Shown here in pieces: positions 62,668 through 64,000 of a stretch of 64,000 bases of DNA. A program made the translations under genes and the position numbers. Origin of the DNA: Pocillopora damicornis (Eukaryota). The stretch covers positions 62,001-126,000 of the forward strand of contig NW_020846445.1 in the NCBI RefSeq assembly GCF_003704095.1, written 5' to 3'. The notes beneath the pieces are model-generated. The model was not told the DNA's origin. It did not search any database and saw nothing but the letters and a program-made list of their open reading frames with translations. Position 1 is the stretch's first letter. Each line of letters starts with the position of its first letter.

Positions 62668-64000
62668 NNNNNNNNNNNNNNNNNNNNNNNNNNNNNNNNN
62701 NNNNNNNNNNNNNNNNNNNNNNNNNNNNNNNNNNNNNNNNNNNNNNNNNNNNNNNNNNNNNNNNNNNACAGGCAAAAGAATGGAGTCTTTTATTAAGATT
62801 AAAGAATCATATTACGACATTTATAACATTAAAAGGAGCAAAAGAAGATTTTATTTGTCAGGAATCAAAAGTGATTTCCATTTCAAGTNNNNNNNNNNNN
62901 NNNNNNNNNNNNNNNNNNNNNNNNNNNNNNNNNNNNNNNNNNNNNNNNNNNNNNNNNNNNNNNNNNNNNNNNNNNNNNNNNNNNNNNNNNNNNNNNNNNN
63001 NNNNNNNNNNNNNNNNNNNNNNNNNNNNNNNNNNNNNNNNNNNNNNNNNNNNNNNNNNNNNNNNNNNNNNNNNNNNNNNNNNNNNNNNNNNNNNNNNNNN
63101 NNNNNAAAAGGGGGGATGCAATATGACCCGTTTTCCAGTAATTATAAACCGCAGCGTCTGATGCCAGTGTGTTAGTTGTTTGATGTTACTGTTTTAAACT
63201 ATTTTGCATCTTCAGTTATCGCCGCTGGAAGGTGAAAAGTTGCACACTGAAATACAAAAGTCTAAGAAGAACCAGTAAGCCATTGAAAGCCGGTCCAGTA
63301 AACACACCAGTGAACCATGAAAAGCTCAGGAATCATTACTTTACATGTGAACGAAACAGTTTGCAAAAAGTCACGTTTTTCTGATCCACTCAAGGTGGAT
63401 CAGAAAAACCTGACTTTTAGTTGATTACATCTAGAAAAACTACATTAAAGAATAGAGGAGTAATTTAGAAAAACACAGAGAAAATACCGTTGTAGACCTT
63501 GAGTTACAGAACAAAAGCGTAGTATTTCTATTTAATATCATTTGTAATAAACGAGGCTTTTTTAGATCCATTTGTGGTTGTAACTAACAGAACTTAACAA
63601 AAAGTCGTCAATGGAGGCTAAACACTACAGTTCATACTTAAGTTATAGACCTTCAATTCTCGCCAGTTCAATCTATCATTTCCACACTTACGTCTCAATG
63701 ACAAAAAGTTTTCCGTTACACACGCAATCGATCAAGAGTCGTGCTTCGAGCCTTTTTAATCCGCTCTCTCTGTACTTTTCATTTGTTATTAGATGAAAAT
63801 GAGACCTTTTCAAAGTAAAAGGGTTATTTTGAGTTTGCATTAGAAAAAAAAAAAGAGAAAAGAAAAACTTAAAGAAAATATTATGTAGATCTAGATGAAC
63901 TGGTAAGTAATTGCAATGTTCTGCTTTGGTTATCCCCAATTAAGTCTTCTATCTTTTGTGTGTACATGTATTTCTCAGTATGTCCTTGATAGCGTGTCGG

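Overview
Eukaryotic, AT-rich, intron-containing genomic DNA with six N-gaps. The repeat families and gene content suggest a cnidarian, probably a scleractinian coral (inference). 0-15.5 kb: a decayed CR1/L2-type reverse-transcriptase fragment, a tRNA-SINE, and four single-coding-exon + strand ORFs that form two paralogous pairs in A-B-A'-B' order. A and A' are ~70-aa micro-ORFs starting MDFE(K/R)EMQ..KVIF.NI. B and B' are coiled-coil proteins with LPPxxLPPI and C-terminal CRYLR motifs. 16.8-56 kb: conserved spliced genes on strictly alternating strands: DRC3/LRRC48 (-), PICK1 (+), a divergent WDR5-like gene (-), TTC26/IFT56 (+), ARPC1 (-), CRYM (+) and a dermatopontin-like gene (-). 56.6-62.7 kb: a ~3 kb inverted duplication centred on a gap-truncated rhodopsin-class GPCR. 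DRC3 contains two U12-type (minor spliceosome) introns, one AT-AC and one GT-AG. A recurrent foldback repeat carries a degenerate Penelope-type minimal hammerhead ribozyme. piggyBac-like TTAA MITEs are also frequent. Exon coordinates were read by eye and may be off by a few bases.
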